Positions 13,933 to 26,465 of a stretch of DNA of 64,000 bases are shown here, piece by piece. Origin of the DNA: Psilocybe cubensis (lineage: Eukaryota); the NCBI GenBank assembly GCA_017499595.2, contig CM038999.1, positions 2,604,001-2,668,000 of the forward strand, given 5' to 3'. The notes below the pieces were generated by a model, which did not search any database, had not been told where the DNA came from, and saw only the letters and a list, made by a program, of their open reading frames with translations. Numbering within the stretch: position 1 is the first letter of the stretch; each line of letters starts with the position of its first letter. A program made the position numbers and the translations under genes.

Positions 13933-15926
13933 TTACCAGGATTTAATAAATGCGACAACAGTGAATACCACACCGGTCCCGCTAGCTCCAAGCAAGACCC
14001 AGACACCAATGTCCCATATGATTCGTTTCCTGGACTGTTTTTGTTGCAAAGCCCGTTCCTTCCTTAGCAAGAGTTCGTCGTATATCGCCCGCGGATTCGA
14101 TTGCCGGGACGAGAAATCCCCGCCCGCAGATTCTGTTTGAAGAAGGGGTGTACGAGGAGGCACAACGATAGCCAAGGGACGCTTGACAAAATGTTGCAAA
14201 CCATGCAGCAACGCAGGGAGGAAATATGTACCGATGAACGACATCAATAACATCAGTACGGTCAAAGGGGCAAAGAACATCGATGAACGAATATACGACT
14301 TTGAGTCACCCGTCTCGGAAGTCGAGTAAACACTTGGCGGGATCAGGGCAAAAAAAACCACTAGTAAGATTGTGCTCATACGGGATACATTGAATTTAGC
14401 AGATCGGATAGGCATCGCAAGTGGGGGGATGGTTATGATGATTGAAGGAGTGCCAAGGATCAGAGTAACTGCGGCGAGAACGTGGCGAACAGTTTGAATG
14501 TGAACCCTTGGGAGGACGATCTTGGGTGGCAGGGGCGGTGACAGAGAGGGTATGGAATTGAGAAGGGGAATAGAAGTTGCGTTGCCAACGACAGGCGAGG
14601 TAGAGACCAAAATGGAAGGGACAGTGGTGATATTTTCAATTGGGGGAGCAACCTGCCAGGGATGGGAGGACTGAATAAAATGAACACAAAATTGGGGGGA
14701 GTGGGAAAGGATATATGACTTACCACTGCAGTTTGGTTAGGAAAGGCGGCGAGAATAACGGATGGCAAGAGCAGTAGCACTGCTGTAACGATGGATAGGA
14801 ATGATAGTACGCGAAAAGATCGTGAGCGTGGCGATTTCCCAGTAGATAAAGGATTAGATGTTATTTTTAATGACGCATACAAAGGCAATGTGGACGAGGA
14901 ACAAAATGAGAAAGCTGACGTGACTATTATGCCAAAAGTAAGGTCTTTAAAAGCGCAGATGCTTCAATGAGATGACTCACTAAGACTTTGATGAATGGAA
15001 GCAGAACCCAACCAGCCCGATTCTTTTGCCAACAACCCATTGCAATGGGCATAAATGGTACACCCTAACCAGCATATGTAGGTAAGAAGGGAGAGCCAAG
15101 TAGCGTAGAGGATACGTCTTGAACCCAATGAACGAGCGTAAGATAGATAGCCTATGATGATGCCAATAAAGGGGGCTAAGATAAAGTATGAAATAACGGG
15201 ATGCTTCTTCCCTAAAAGTGGAAGAAGAATATAAATGGAATCTACAGGGCAAGATGTGTTAGGGAGTTTTGATTTAAAGAGGCAAGAAAACATACATCGC
15301 AAATAAGTTACAGAAACACCCATGGTAATAGTGCTGCTGCCAATTCGCACGACGCCTCTCATTAACGCACGACGCATATCCTTGCCTCTTCCTTTAGCGA
15401 AAGTATCGAGGATGATATCCGTCATGTCCGCTTTGCGAAGGTACCGCGCAAGCATGTACCATATTTGCCGTGCGAACGCCGTGGCCAGTGCTGAAAGCAA
15501 CAAAGCGGGTAAGCCGTACTTGAGAGGAATTTGGCAATTTGGCAATTCCAAAGCGCCTAGTCTGAGAAAAGGGGCAAGAAGAAACAGAAATACTAATGAC
15601 GGTGGGAGAGGTGGAAAGACTGTGGATTTCCGTACTTCGAACATTGGGCTGACAATGTCTTGGTCGTCGCCATTGTTGGCATCTTCATCGTCATCAAAAT
15701 CCAGCGGACTGGTAGGCTCGTCCTGGTCATGGACAAGAATAAGGGCGGCAGAAGAATCTAGTGCTGAGAGGACGGGTGAACAAGCTTCGTCGTCGTCAGA
15801 GCTTCCGGAGCTGATGGTTGATTGACGGCGAACATGACCACCCAAGGCGAACGACGTGTTCAGAGAAGGTGGTTTTCTGTTCATTCCGCCTGGGCTGGCG
15901 GAGTCGGTAACTGCTACATCGGCCAT
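13933..15926 (-). CDS. Multi-pass membrane protein of unknown function (possibly transporter-like)
   Basis: Long ORFs 14964-15941, 14460-14888 and 13933-14610 linked by short introns; acidic/Ser-rich N-terminus followed by many hydrophobic helices. Confidence 0.7.
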
Positions 15927-16026
15927 GAGAGTCAGAAACAACGCCGTATAGGACCATTGTTCAACTATAATTGACTCGTGGAAAAGTTGCTATTTTTATT
16001 TCCATCTAAGGCACAACCCCCAAATG

Positions 16027-16302
16027 GTGATGGGCCTTGAAAGGCATGCCCTTATGTTGGCCTTATGTCTATCCAAGAGGAGCGCTTTCTTTGGTTTTCA
16101 CTCTAGTCTTCCGGAAACTAATACTGGCCCGCCAAAAAAGGTAAATTCCGATCAGGGCCAGTTGTTGTTTCCTTGACTGGAGCACAGGTGCATGTCGTCC
16201 CATCACAACAGGAAAATAAGGCTGCATACCACCCGACCTGCGTCTCCCAGAACCCATGCTATTGGAGAGCCTGACGGATTATCCAAGACGCAGGTCTGTA
16301 TA
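16027..16302 (+). ncRNA. Candidate structured non-coding RNA (H/ACA-like layout, unassigned)
   Basis: Nested inverted repeats 16027-34/16199-206, 16043-49/16190-96, 16123-30/16155-62; ANANNA (ACAGGA) at 16208-13; perfect 11-bp stem 16235-45/16286-96; ATA at 16300-02. Confidence 0.35.
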
Positions 16303-16344
16303 TTGTCAACCCAATTCAATGTTTGCTAATTAATCTGAGTCATG

Positions 16345-17883
16345 CTAATATAGCCCTTCCAGTAATTTCACGACCCTAGGAACATCGGGATGCTCCTCGT
16401 TCCCTAAAGCTTGACCTGCAATGGAAACCAAGTCTTCTTTCGGCACTTTGTACTCTGAGAGAGTCGACTTTAAACCGAGCTCAATCACAAGCCTGATGCA
16501 CAGATCAGTAACGAGGTAACTTAAGAACAACGAGCTTTACGCACTCATTGATTATGGCTGACAGGCCACGGACGTCTCCTTCCAAAGACCCGGTAGACGG
16601 TACTCGAAGGTAGAATAATGAATCAGCCAACGCTTGCTTGTCTTCCTGAGAGGCGAGCTCGGACTTCAATAGCACCGTTGGTGCAAGTGTAAGACACTGT
16701 GCAGCCTGATGAGTGATCTGGCGAGAACTTTTGGTGGATATAACTGACCGAAGTTATTCCATGTGGAATGCTATATCGAGCTCCAAGTTTATGACCCAGA
16801 GCATGAGACAAACCAAGCGCACTGTAATTATAAGCACACGTGGATAAGACGCTGTAAGTTGCAACATGCCAGATGCGGTTCACCTATACTTTTCTAATTT
16901 CATTGGCCATAGGCTCATCCACGAGGCTATTTGAAGTCTTTGTCGAACATCCACAGACTCAGGATCAGCCTTTGAAAGAGGAAGATACTTTACAAGGTCT
17001 GCCATGGCTGCATAACATAAAATTTTAACAGGGTGAGATACCAATGGCCTATAAAGATTTTCTGATGGAACATCGATTACAAAATTGTTCATAGAGCGCC
17101 TTCAATAAATGCTCACCAACAGTATGGTCAAGTGCCCTTATACCCGTGGATAACCTGTTCGGTTGAGATTAGCTTGACATTCTATGAACGTGAGGGCAGA
17201 ATCAGACCAGAGTCTTTCTGGGGTTGCTAAGGTTAGCTCTGCATCTAGGATAATCCCAGAAGGCGCAAGGTCTTGAGAAGACACGGCAACTTTAACGCCT
17301 TCATCATTGGTGAAGCCTGCCCCAATCTGTGTGTGAAAAGTTGATTAGACAGAATGTTAGGTGATGTAGATACCCACACTATATTCAGCCGCACTGAGAG
17401 TCGTAGGGATTGCAATCTGTGGAGGAGTTTTCCCGCCAACCTCCAATTGAATATTATACAAAATCGCTTTAGATGCATCCACGGGAGAGCCACCTCCCAC
17501 CGCCACAATGCAGTCGCACCCAGTTTGACGGTATTCCTTGATCCCATTTCGAATTCCAGAAATTGGGCTATGCTCGCCAATCTCGTAGAAAGTGCCGCCC
17601 CATGCATTGTATTCCTTCAAGATGTCTTCTACTCTCTTGACCACATCAGTCTAACATGGCCTTCAGTAAAGCTCTAATGAACAGATTCCGCGGCACGTAC
17701 CTTGTGGTACAGACTTTTGCCAGTCACAACCAACGCTTTTTTAACACCTAAAATGTTTAGCAGTTTTGGAAGTGCTGTTTTGACAGACCCTGGGCCATAG
17801 AACACGCCCTTCAAAGTGTCTGTCCAGCTATAGAAACCAGATAACGGAGATGAATTCATAACACTCGTATCAAGGGTTGACAT
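16345..17883 (-). CDS. Iron-containing (family III) alcohol dehydrogenase / maleylacetate reductase-like
   Basis: VAVGGGSPVDASKA, IAIPTTLSAAEY, RALDH and GLSHALGHKLGARYSIPHGITS (His metal ligands). Confidence 0.9.
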
Positions 17884-18458
17884 GTTATATCGGTTGAAGT
17901 GGACTAAGAGCGATAACGAACATGAGAAAACAGATCAATGTCCTGGGGACTATATAGCGGACCAATGCTTACCGATAATGATATGTTATTGATGAATCCC
18001 TAATGGGTGGCTTATTAATGGAAGACCATCCCATTCAGCCAACTTTTACACACCTCAATGACAGCATACGACTTTTGCTTATCAAGCAAGGTTGTTAGTA
18101 TTGGCCATATGGGCAAAAATGCAAAAAATAAAAAGCCAGACTTGGGTACTGTAGAGTGTGCCAAGATATACATATAGATTCGATATGCATCATCCCTATC
18201 ATGCCAGCCTTGTCGTCGGGAAGTAACATGTTCTGGAGTGAGTTGAATGGGATAAAGATATTCAATTTCAACTCAGTCCTGAGGCCAAAGTTGAGCTTGA
18301 ATACCCATAAGGATGATAAATTATTAGCTCAGTTTCAAAATTCGATGAAGGGGGGTTGAACGGACCATTTCCGGTACAATTATTCCCACATAAACCTGTA
18401 TATTCATCACTTCGCCCAGTGTCACTTGGATAATATTGTAAAAGCTCTGCAACTTTTT

Positions 18459-19699
18459 ATGCAAAAGCTCCCTAACAGGATGCTTACTACCTTGTCGAAC
18501 AGGTTCAAGTTCAAGCTTGCCACTGGCCAGACACTACGTTTTCTGAACGCGGTCACGCGCTCTTTGTTTACTTGCCAAGAGTTGCAGCTATCGCGGACGC
18601 GTTTCAATTCAACTTCAGCTTCGAAGCCTTCCCTCGATTTTCATTCAACATACAAGCTTACTTTGCCACCGAACCCAGCTTGGAATGTTGGCGATGGCCT
18701 TACAGATAATGATCATATGTGGAAAGATATAATGGCCTCCAAGAGGAAATCATGGGATTTCACCAAGTTGGAGAGCTTGAGTACAAAGTATGATATATAA
18801 TAATAAGACATCTGGAGTACTATAATGACCTTTATCAAAGGGACTCTTATCGCACTTTGGTTTCTGCCATTGTTCCTCGCCCCATTGCGTTGGTATCTAC
18901 TCAAGCTAAGGATGGGAATGTGCCTAACCTGGCACCGTTCAGGTTTGTATACTGACCTTCAAAAGAGATTTGTTCTGAAATGATAATGCAATGTTGCGTC
19001 ATAGTTATTTTTCTATGGTATGGTTCTTGACCACTATGCGTGGCAGGAACAATTGAAAACAGTAAATTTGAACAGGTATCTCATAGGCCTCCATTAATCA
19101 GCATATCCTTTAGTCTATCGCCCCGTAGACCAAAAGACACACGTAATAATATTTTGGCCACGAGGGAGTTCACTATCAGTATCATCAGCGAAGGCTTTGC
19201 AGAAGCTGCAAATTCTACTTCTGTAGAGTCGCCTGCTGATACGGATGAGTGGCTTATCAGTGGCTTGACAAAAGAGAACAGTGTAAGTTTTCTGTATTAC
19301 GGAAAGAGGATTTTGTTGAAGCTTTCCTGAAGGACATTGTTAAACCGCCATTTGTACGGGAAAGCGCTGTCGCCATGGAATGCGAGGTTTGTGGTCTATA
19401 TATCTGCGTTATAGGAAGCAATTTTGACTTGTAATACGTTGTAGCTATACAGTTTTCAGGATATTAGTGTTCCCGGATCAGAGGTGCCCACAGTGACAGT
19501 TGTTCTGGGTTTGATCAAGAAGCTGCATGTTCGAGAAGCAGTTCTTTGTGAAGACGGAATTACCGTCGATCCTGCGAAATTGCGACCAGTTGCGCGTCTC
19601 GGAGGAACGACTTACGGGAGACTCCTCGAAGGTTTTGATTTACCGCGACCGTCTTGGAGGGAACTTCGGGACGAATATCCTAAGCTTCCTCGGCCTTGA
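18459..19699 (+). CDS. Flavin-reductase-like FMN-binding split-barrel protein with probable mitochondrial presequence
   Basis: LVSAIVPRPIALVST, PNLAPFSYFSMVSHRPP, KDTRNNILATREFTISII, VKPPFVRESAVAMECE, LRPVARLGGTTYG; start could also be 18480. Confidence 0.85.
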
Positions 19700-20420
19700 T
19701 GGACCAGGTCTCTGCTTAGGGCGTTCGCAGATGGAAAGCGATCGATGTGATAGGATATTTACTGGGTGTTTCGCTGGCAAAAGTTGGTCAAGAATAAAGA
19801 AGGCGTTTGGGTGGCATTACTAAAACAGCGAAAATGTGCATTCTAGTTCCAAAGTATCCTTAATTGTGTGCTCAGTACCGTTTCCTTAGGTTATCTGAAC
19901 ACATCGATGGTATCGATAGAAGAAGGGGGGAAATGGGTACTTGATTTACAGATTAACTTGTTTAAAGAGTTTAGAAAGAAATCCGAGTGATGGTTAATAT
20001 ATGAGGAGAAAAGAGATGTTTATTGGTAGCACTTTTGAAGGCGTCGGAATGCAGGCAATTAGGGTGTGAGCATCGGAAGCTATGGTGCCAAGATTAAAAA
20101 TGAAAGGAAAAGAGGAAGTTTGTGACCAGTTTGGGACTAGCGGAAGCACTTGCAAAGTGAGCCACGTGTTTGGTACCTTTCTTGAACCGCTCGAGCCTCA
20201 GCTTGCCCACAACATTGCCCTCCACCAAGCAACATTGCATCTCGTAAGTCTAGTTGATTGCCATACAACGTGTATTTGACACTATCATTCTCAGCCTTCT
20301 CCAACCCCGCCCTATCCTTTGGTTATCAACTACATTCCCTACCCATTTTCGTCTTCTGAAGGTGGGTCACTGGCTAGCCTCGTCTTACCCGTCCGTTCAA
20401 TCTTCGTTCCACAAAGCTCC

Positions 20421-23400
20421 ATGACGGACCAGGAGACGCATTCCTCACGGGCAGAGCAGCGTATGCTAGCGGTCGCAAGACTCAAGCGCGCCGCGTCGCT
20501 CCCGAGGATGAAGGACGGTCGACGGCCACCAATGCATGTAGAAGCCGTGAGTGAAGGAGAGAAATCTCAAAACGGGGAGGAAAGGGCGATCAGTGATGGG
20601 GAGGCAGCTAAAACCCAGGATGAAATTGCCTCAGAACTGCAGGAACTCTCGAGCACACAAATGCAAGATGAACGAGGGACAACTCCCGAACCGGACAGTG
20701 ATCATCTTCCGCAATCTACCAACCCAACAGTAGACGTGGAGCTTGAAGCGGATACCGAGCTGGAAGAACGTTCCCTTTCTCCCTCTACTATCCTGAAAAA
20801 GCGTCGCACGCGTTCTCGATCAAGGTCAAGAGGCTCCAAAGATTTTAAAGCCAAAATCAAGGCTACCCAATCCATTATACCTCAGGTTGGTGGTGACCTC
20901 CCGTCAGACGAGAACGCCTCTCAAGCTCCTGTTATACACCCCATACCCCCGCCCCTCCTATCTCCGGTTCCTCTTTTTCCATTTCTCAAACAATCCGCCT
21001 TCTTACGTTCACCTGCTGCGACATCCCCTGATATGTCCTTGTTCTATCCTGGTACATCACCACCAACTCCTCTACCTACTCTTGAAGACCTTCAAAGAGG
21101 CTTGATGCGCTCAAATAGTGCCGGTAGCTCAGCTGCTGGGCGGAGAATGGCAATGCATAAGTTGACCGGAGGCACTGAAACTTATGACCCATCACCCTCA
21201 CCAACGCCGCCATCACTTATGTCAAAACTCAGTCGAAATAATACAGTATCTGGTGGAGAGCGTATCGCTGCTAGGCAAAATATGTTGTCCCGATTAGGAA
21301 CACGGATTACCAAGGAAGCAGATGCCGACGGTGCGAGCGGCGCAGAAGATAGAGGAGCTCCTTCTCCGACTCCAAAGCGACGCAGAAGGCGGTCAAGAAG
21401 GGCGTCTGCTACTCCTTGTAGCAACCCCATAGTTTCTGATTCTGATTTCAACTCGACAAATCCGAATACACCGGCTCTACCTTCCACCCCCCTGCCCGTT
21501 CTTCCCAACCACTTTGCCGAGCTTCGTGCCCAATCTACAACACCCAACCAACAATCTAGTTCTCGCACTGAAAGCAGCGAAAGGATAATAGATGCTACTC
21601 CGCCTCCACTTCCCTCTGCTGCACTTGCGCAATCTGGCGACGAGCCCGAACCTGAGCGTCAAGAGCATACACGTCGAAGAAGTGTTTTAATAGAAGACCC
21701 CGATGAGGAAGAAAGAGATCCACCAGATCAAAGATTTGCGGCGTCACCACTACCTGGAACCCCTCAGCGAACGTTCCAAAGCATTGAGGCATTAAGAATC
21801 CAGCATTCTTCAGACACACCGTCAAATGGGTCTTCTGATTCTGGTCCTCCCTCTGGGGTTGGGGTACCCATATTTCTCAGTCAGCGGGCCCCTTCTAGGA
21901 ATGAAATGTTCCCCAGTAGCCCATTTATGACTCCCTTGAAGGAAAAATCGTTGAACGATGAGGACGAGGAACAAGTTCTTTATCCCGCGAGTACTGTCCG
22001 TCCACGCACACCATACGCTACTATTAGCGATTCTTATGACCGAGAAATTAGTTGGATCGCTTCTCCGGGTAAGCACATCTCAATCTTCTTTGTGTGGCTC
22101 CTTAATGATGAAATTTAGTCCCAGAAATACGAATGCCTATCGATGATGACGATGAAGAGGATGAAGACATTGAACAAGAGGTTAATGTTCAGGTTGAAGC
22201 CGAAGAAGACGAAGGTCCATTATCTTCTACGTCTTCAAATGGATTTTCCCCAGACGTATACGAGAATGATGACCGCACTTCATCAAGTTCAAAAAGTGTG
22301 CTTGTCGAGTCTGAAACCTCTCCCGACAATGTTTATATCCCTGCTTCACCTTCATCGGTTGGGGTTGCTTTGCATGCCCCTGCCGAAGAAGCGGGTTCAC
22401 CCCAATTCTTCCCAACAAGGTTGTCAGTGGCGTCTCAAAGGTCTCCAGGACATGCTGATTACTCTGAATGGGAGGAACGCTTTACGAGTAACGACTCTGC
22501 GAAAAGAATAGAACCAGCTTCCGCTACAGCTTGGGAAAAGGTGAAGAGTACTTTTTCAAGGGCAGGATCCAGCACTGGAAGGAGATCTCGGACGAACAGC
22601 ATTGCTCGTGAACGGCGTGATCACACTGACTCTAGTATCAGTCGGGAAAGTGGGGCAAGTCTGATTAGCGCCAAGACCGACAAAGGGGATAATGGCGGGT
22701 TTACGAATCAACCGCATGCGCCTCCTCTCATGCAATCGCCGTCCGCTTCAGCATCTATTCTATCCTTGGCGCCTCATGTTCCTCCAAGAAGCAGTGTATC
22801 TCCCATTCCACCTCCCTCTTCCGCGGACATGTCCAAATACCAAAATGCCAAATTATTCCCGTTCCCTGGTATGTTGCGATTAGAGGAAGAGCGACGACAA
22901 AAAGGGCAACTTCCTTCAAGCGCGTCGACACCGGATGTCACAACACCAAATGCATACGAGGAGGCTCAGACATCATATTCGTACTCTACAACGCCGATTC
23001 AGAGCCCGGATTTGAATAGGGAACGCAAGCTATCGCCTAGAAACTCTGATAATCTTACTGCCAGGTATGCGGCCGATTCAACGAATCCAGCATCGCCACA
23101 GTATCCCGAATATTTGGATGTGTCGCCTTCGCCTCAACAGAATGGATCAGGAACGGGTTATAACCTCAAATTGCCTACCACTCTTCCCGGGGTGAAACAG
23201 TGGTTGAGTAAAAACTCGAAAAAGAAGCCTCCAACACCTTCTGCGGCTTTGCCAGGTTCGGGTTCTTTCTCCGCATTGCCTGTCATTGAGACACCGAGTT
23301 TGCAAATAGCTAGTAAGAAGCCCTCAATATCTGACATCTTTGGGAAGAAGTCGAGCGAGGTAAACGATTGGGAAGAGTCTGCGAATGTCCCATCGATACC

Positions 23401-25564
23401 AGGCAACGAAATCAATGCGGGTTCACTTTCTGTTCATGGACCTACAAATGGCATTGCTTTGAATGGCTCAACCTCAATTTCACCAACTCTAGAAGTCAAT
23501 AGCTCCTCAAAAAGTCGCAATCTTGTCCCACTTGATTTGGCTGCTGGCCGAGGTTCACCGTACAAGTTTCCTCATCAACCCGGTTCGGCACCTAGAGTTG
23601 CCACCCCCGATCCGTCGTCTCTCAGCGACTATCCACCCCCTACAGCCTCTGAATCTTCATCAACATCGTCTTCTCAGTATTCCCTCAAAGTCCCACAAGG
23701 TCTGGTCGTCCTTGAACGTCTGGAAGAAAACCTTGCTCGAGGGTCTAGAAATACCTTGTGGAGTTCTGCACTTGATGATCCACCCCGAAAGTTGATATTA
23801 TCTTCGCCCGTTTTGCAAGTTGTCAACCCAAGCACAGTCAAAGACCGATTCCTTTTCCTCTTCAATGATATCCTTGTGATAGCTAAACCTGTCACTTACG
23901 ATCAAGATAACTTGATGGATACCTACAAATTAAGCTTGCCTGACAGAAAGTATACTGTGAAAAGCGTCGTCCAATTGCGAAACTTGCGATTCTGTGCCGA
24001 TAGATCAGAAGCCCGAGGCAAGCCCCCCTCATTCGACCGCAATCCTTTGATACGCTCTTTTATCACACAATTTGCTAAGGATCCCGAACACGCAATCACC
24101 ACCCTGTTCACAAAATCTAACGCCCCAGATGATCCCGTCTTACTTGCGCAATTGCTGTTCAGAACATTGGAATTGGACCGAAGCCGGCTCGGCGAGTACC
24201 TGGGCAGGAAAACCTCGAAACCTGTTCTCAAATCGTATTTGGATAGCTTTGGATTCGCGGGCCTCAGGATAGACGTGGCGCTGCGTGTCTTTTTGCTTTC
24301 AATGAACGTGTCGGGGCATTCGAATTCCTATAGCGCGCTCGAACATCTTCTGGAATCATTCGGCAGTCGGTGGTATGAGGCTAATGCCAAGTTCGTTGCC
24401 TACGACAAAGATATGGCTGTGCGTTTAGTGTGGGCGCTTGTTCAACTCAACGATCGCCTTCATGGCGGCATTGTTGATGAGCCGGGCCCTACAGACCACA
24501 TCAGACGCAATGTTACTAGCAAAGAATTCCTCGACGCTTTTCGCAGGCACGACATGCGATTTCTTGTCACGGACGAGTTTTTGCTGGACTTATACAAATC
24601 TATCTATCATGAGCACCTTTGCCAGGCATGCCCAACTGACGGCTGGCAAGATACCCCTATTACCATCAAGAGACCATTGCCGACGAGACTTACTTACAAA
24701 ATGCAGTCCGAGCCTATTGTGTTCCGCCTCCCACAAGCGGACCCTCTGCTGTCAATCGAGCTGTATGGGCAAGATATCGAATTCGACCCTCCCGTTCTGA
24801 ACTTTACGAAGTCTTCTGAGGCGTCCTTCCGCGTGACAGGCAGATCATTAGGCTCCAAAACGATAATACTATGTAGGTCAGGACCGAATGCAGTCAAGTA
24901 TTCTGGCCTTCCTCTGAGCCACACAATTGTCGTTGAAAGGGCGTTCATGCGGAATACTTTTCAACTTGCCTTTAGCCAATCTGGAGTAAAGCGGAAATAT
25001 ATGTTCAGCGTCGATGACCCGATTATTAGAAATGAATGGGCAACATCTCTGCGGCGCCATATAGAATCATCAATCAATGCGTCACTAACTCCTGGTGGAC
25101 CCATCTCAACGGGTTACCCGAGCTTCAACAAAGCTGCAGATGCTGTTGCTTTTAAAGTCCTCCAGGAAACTCTAATTGGTAGTGGTGCGCCTACAAATTC
25201 TCATCGGCCAAACGGGTCTCTGTCTACTCAGAACAGCGGCGTCAACTCTCATCTGAATATGTCCACCTCATCGTATATCAGTCCACTTCAAACCCGTTCT
25301 AAATCAAGGAGTCAAATCTATCACCGACACGGAGCAGGCAAGAACGAATTAGACTTGGATCAGAGATCACCTAGTAGATCGTATGAGAGCAATGACTACA
25401 GCCCAGGATCGAGTGACCAGGCAAATACGCCAGAACAACGTTTAGACAGTGTTCTATGGACTGCACGAGACCTCGAGATTCATTGCCAACAAAACAGTTC
25501 TATATCGCTTGTCCTGTCTCTGTTGCAAGTAGGGGTGCCCAGTGAGAGTCCTCCGGTGCAGTAA
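20421..25564 (+). CDS. Large protein: disordered Ser/Pro-rich N-terminus, split PH domain and Sec7-like domain
   Basis: Two long ORFs joined by intron ~22068-22118; Sec7-like LDRSRLGEYL..LKSYLDSFGFAGLRIDVALRVFL; PH-like DRFLFLFNDILVIAK and KYMFSVDDPIIRNEWATSLR. Confidence 0.85.
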
Positions 25565-26465
25565 ATTTGAACATGGTCTTCTTTTGATTATTTGTATTGG
25601 TAAGTCATCTATTGTATATGCACTCTACTTCGACTCAATATCTTTGCCCCATAGTCCACCCGCATGTGTACCACTCATCAGCAATCTTCTGGCCTTTAAA
25701 TTTCGCAATTTTTTCTTATAATTCATGTAAGCATCTATGTTTTTTCACTGTTTTACGTCAACGATACTATGGGCACTTTATCTTTCATTCTTGTTAATCT
25801 ACTCGTGCATTTCTCTTTGTGAACAATATGTAGTGCTATATATTTAAATAAATCTAGTTACGTTCATCCTGCGATCGACAAAAATAGTGATGATACTGCG
25901 TTGTTTGACAGGTGGATGTTTAAGACTCACTGTGCAATGTGTGATACGTGTGCTATGGAAGCTGGTCCTCAAGTCTGCCGATTCACTTAGATTATCGGAC
26001 ATATACTGATGTTCTAGTTGAGGTGTAAACTTTCATCTAGCGTTCCATTTGGAGATGGCAGGGCTCCAGTGAACTGCCTTACAACACGGTTGTCAGCTCA
26101 ATAGTCATCATCGTGTTTCCAGCGAGTTGCACTGATATAACACTCTTTGTTACGACGATCTCAACACAAGCCGGTTCGCAACAAAACGTGGTTGCCTCAG
26201 TCGGAGCAGAGGAAGCAAACTGTTTAAAATGCGGGGGGTAAACGCATTTCTCCACATTGGGTTGCGCAGTATGCATGGCTATCGTGCACTTGCAACGCGG
26301 TCAGAACTGATCCATATATATATACGACAAATTAATCACTTGCTAGGAACAAATACTATCGCCTAGTGAGTTGGAACACATTAGACCTAGCGGGCTTAGC
26401 ATCTCAGCCGTCATTTTCCTGATTTCCCTTCCTCTGCCTCTCTCCATTGCCACCCGTTGTCTGCT

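Noticed and set aside
8760-19699. Secondary-metabolite gene cluster around PAL
   Set aside because: No PKS, NRPS, terpene synthase, P450 or CoA ligase; neighbours are housekeeping-type genes
25887-26009. GTGATGA...CTGA box C/D-like pair
   Set aside because: Weak terminal stem and no convincing rRNA/snRNA antisense guide found by eye
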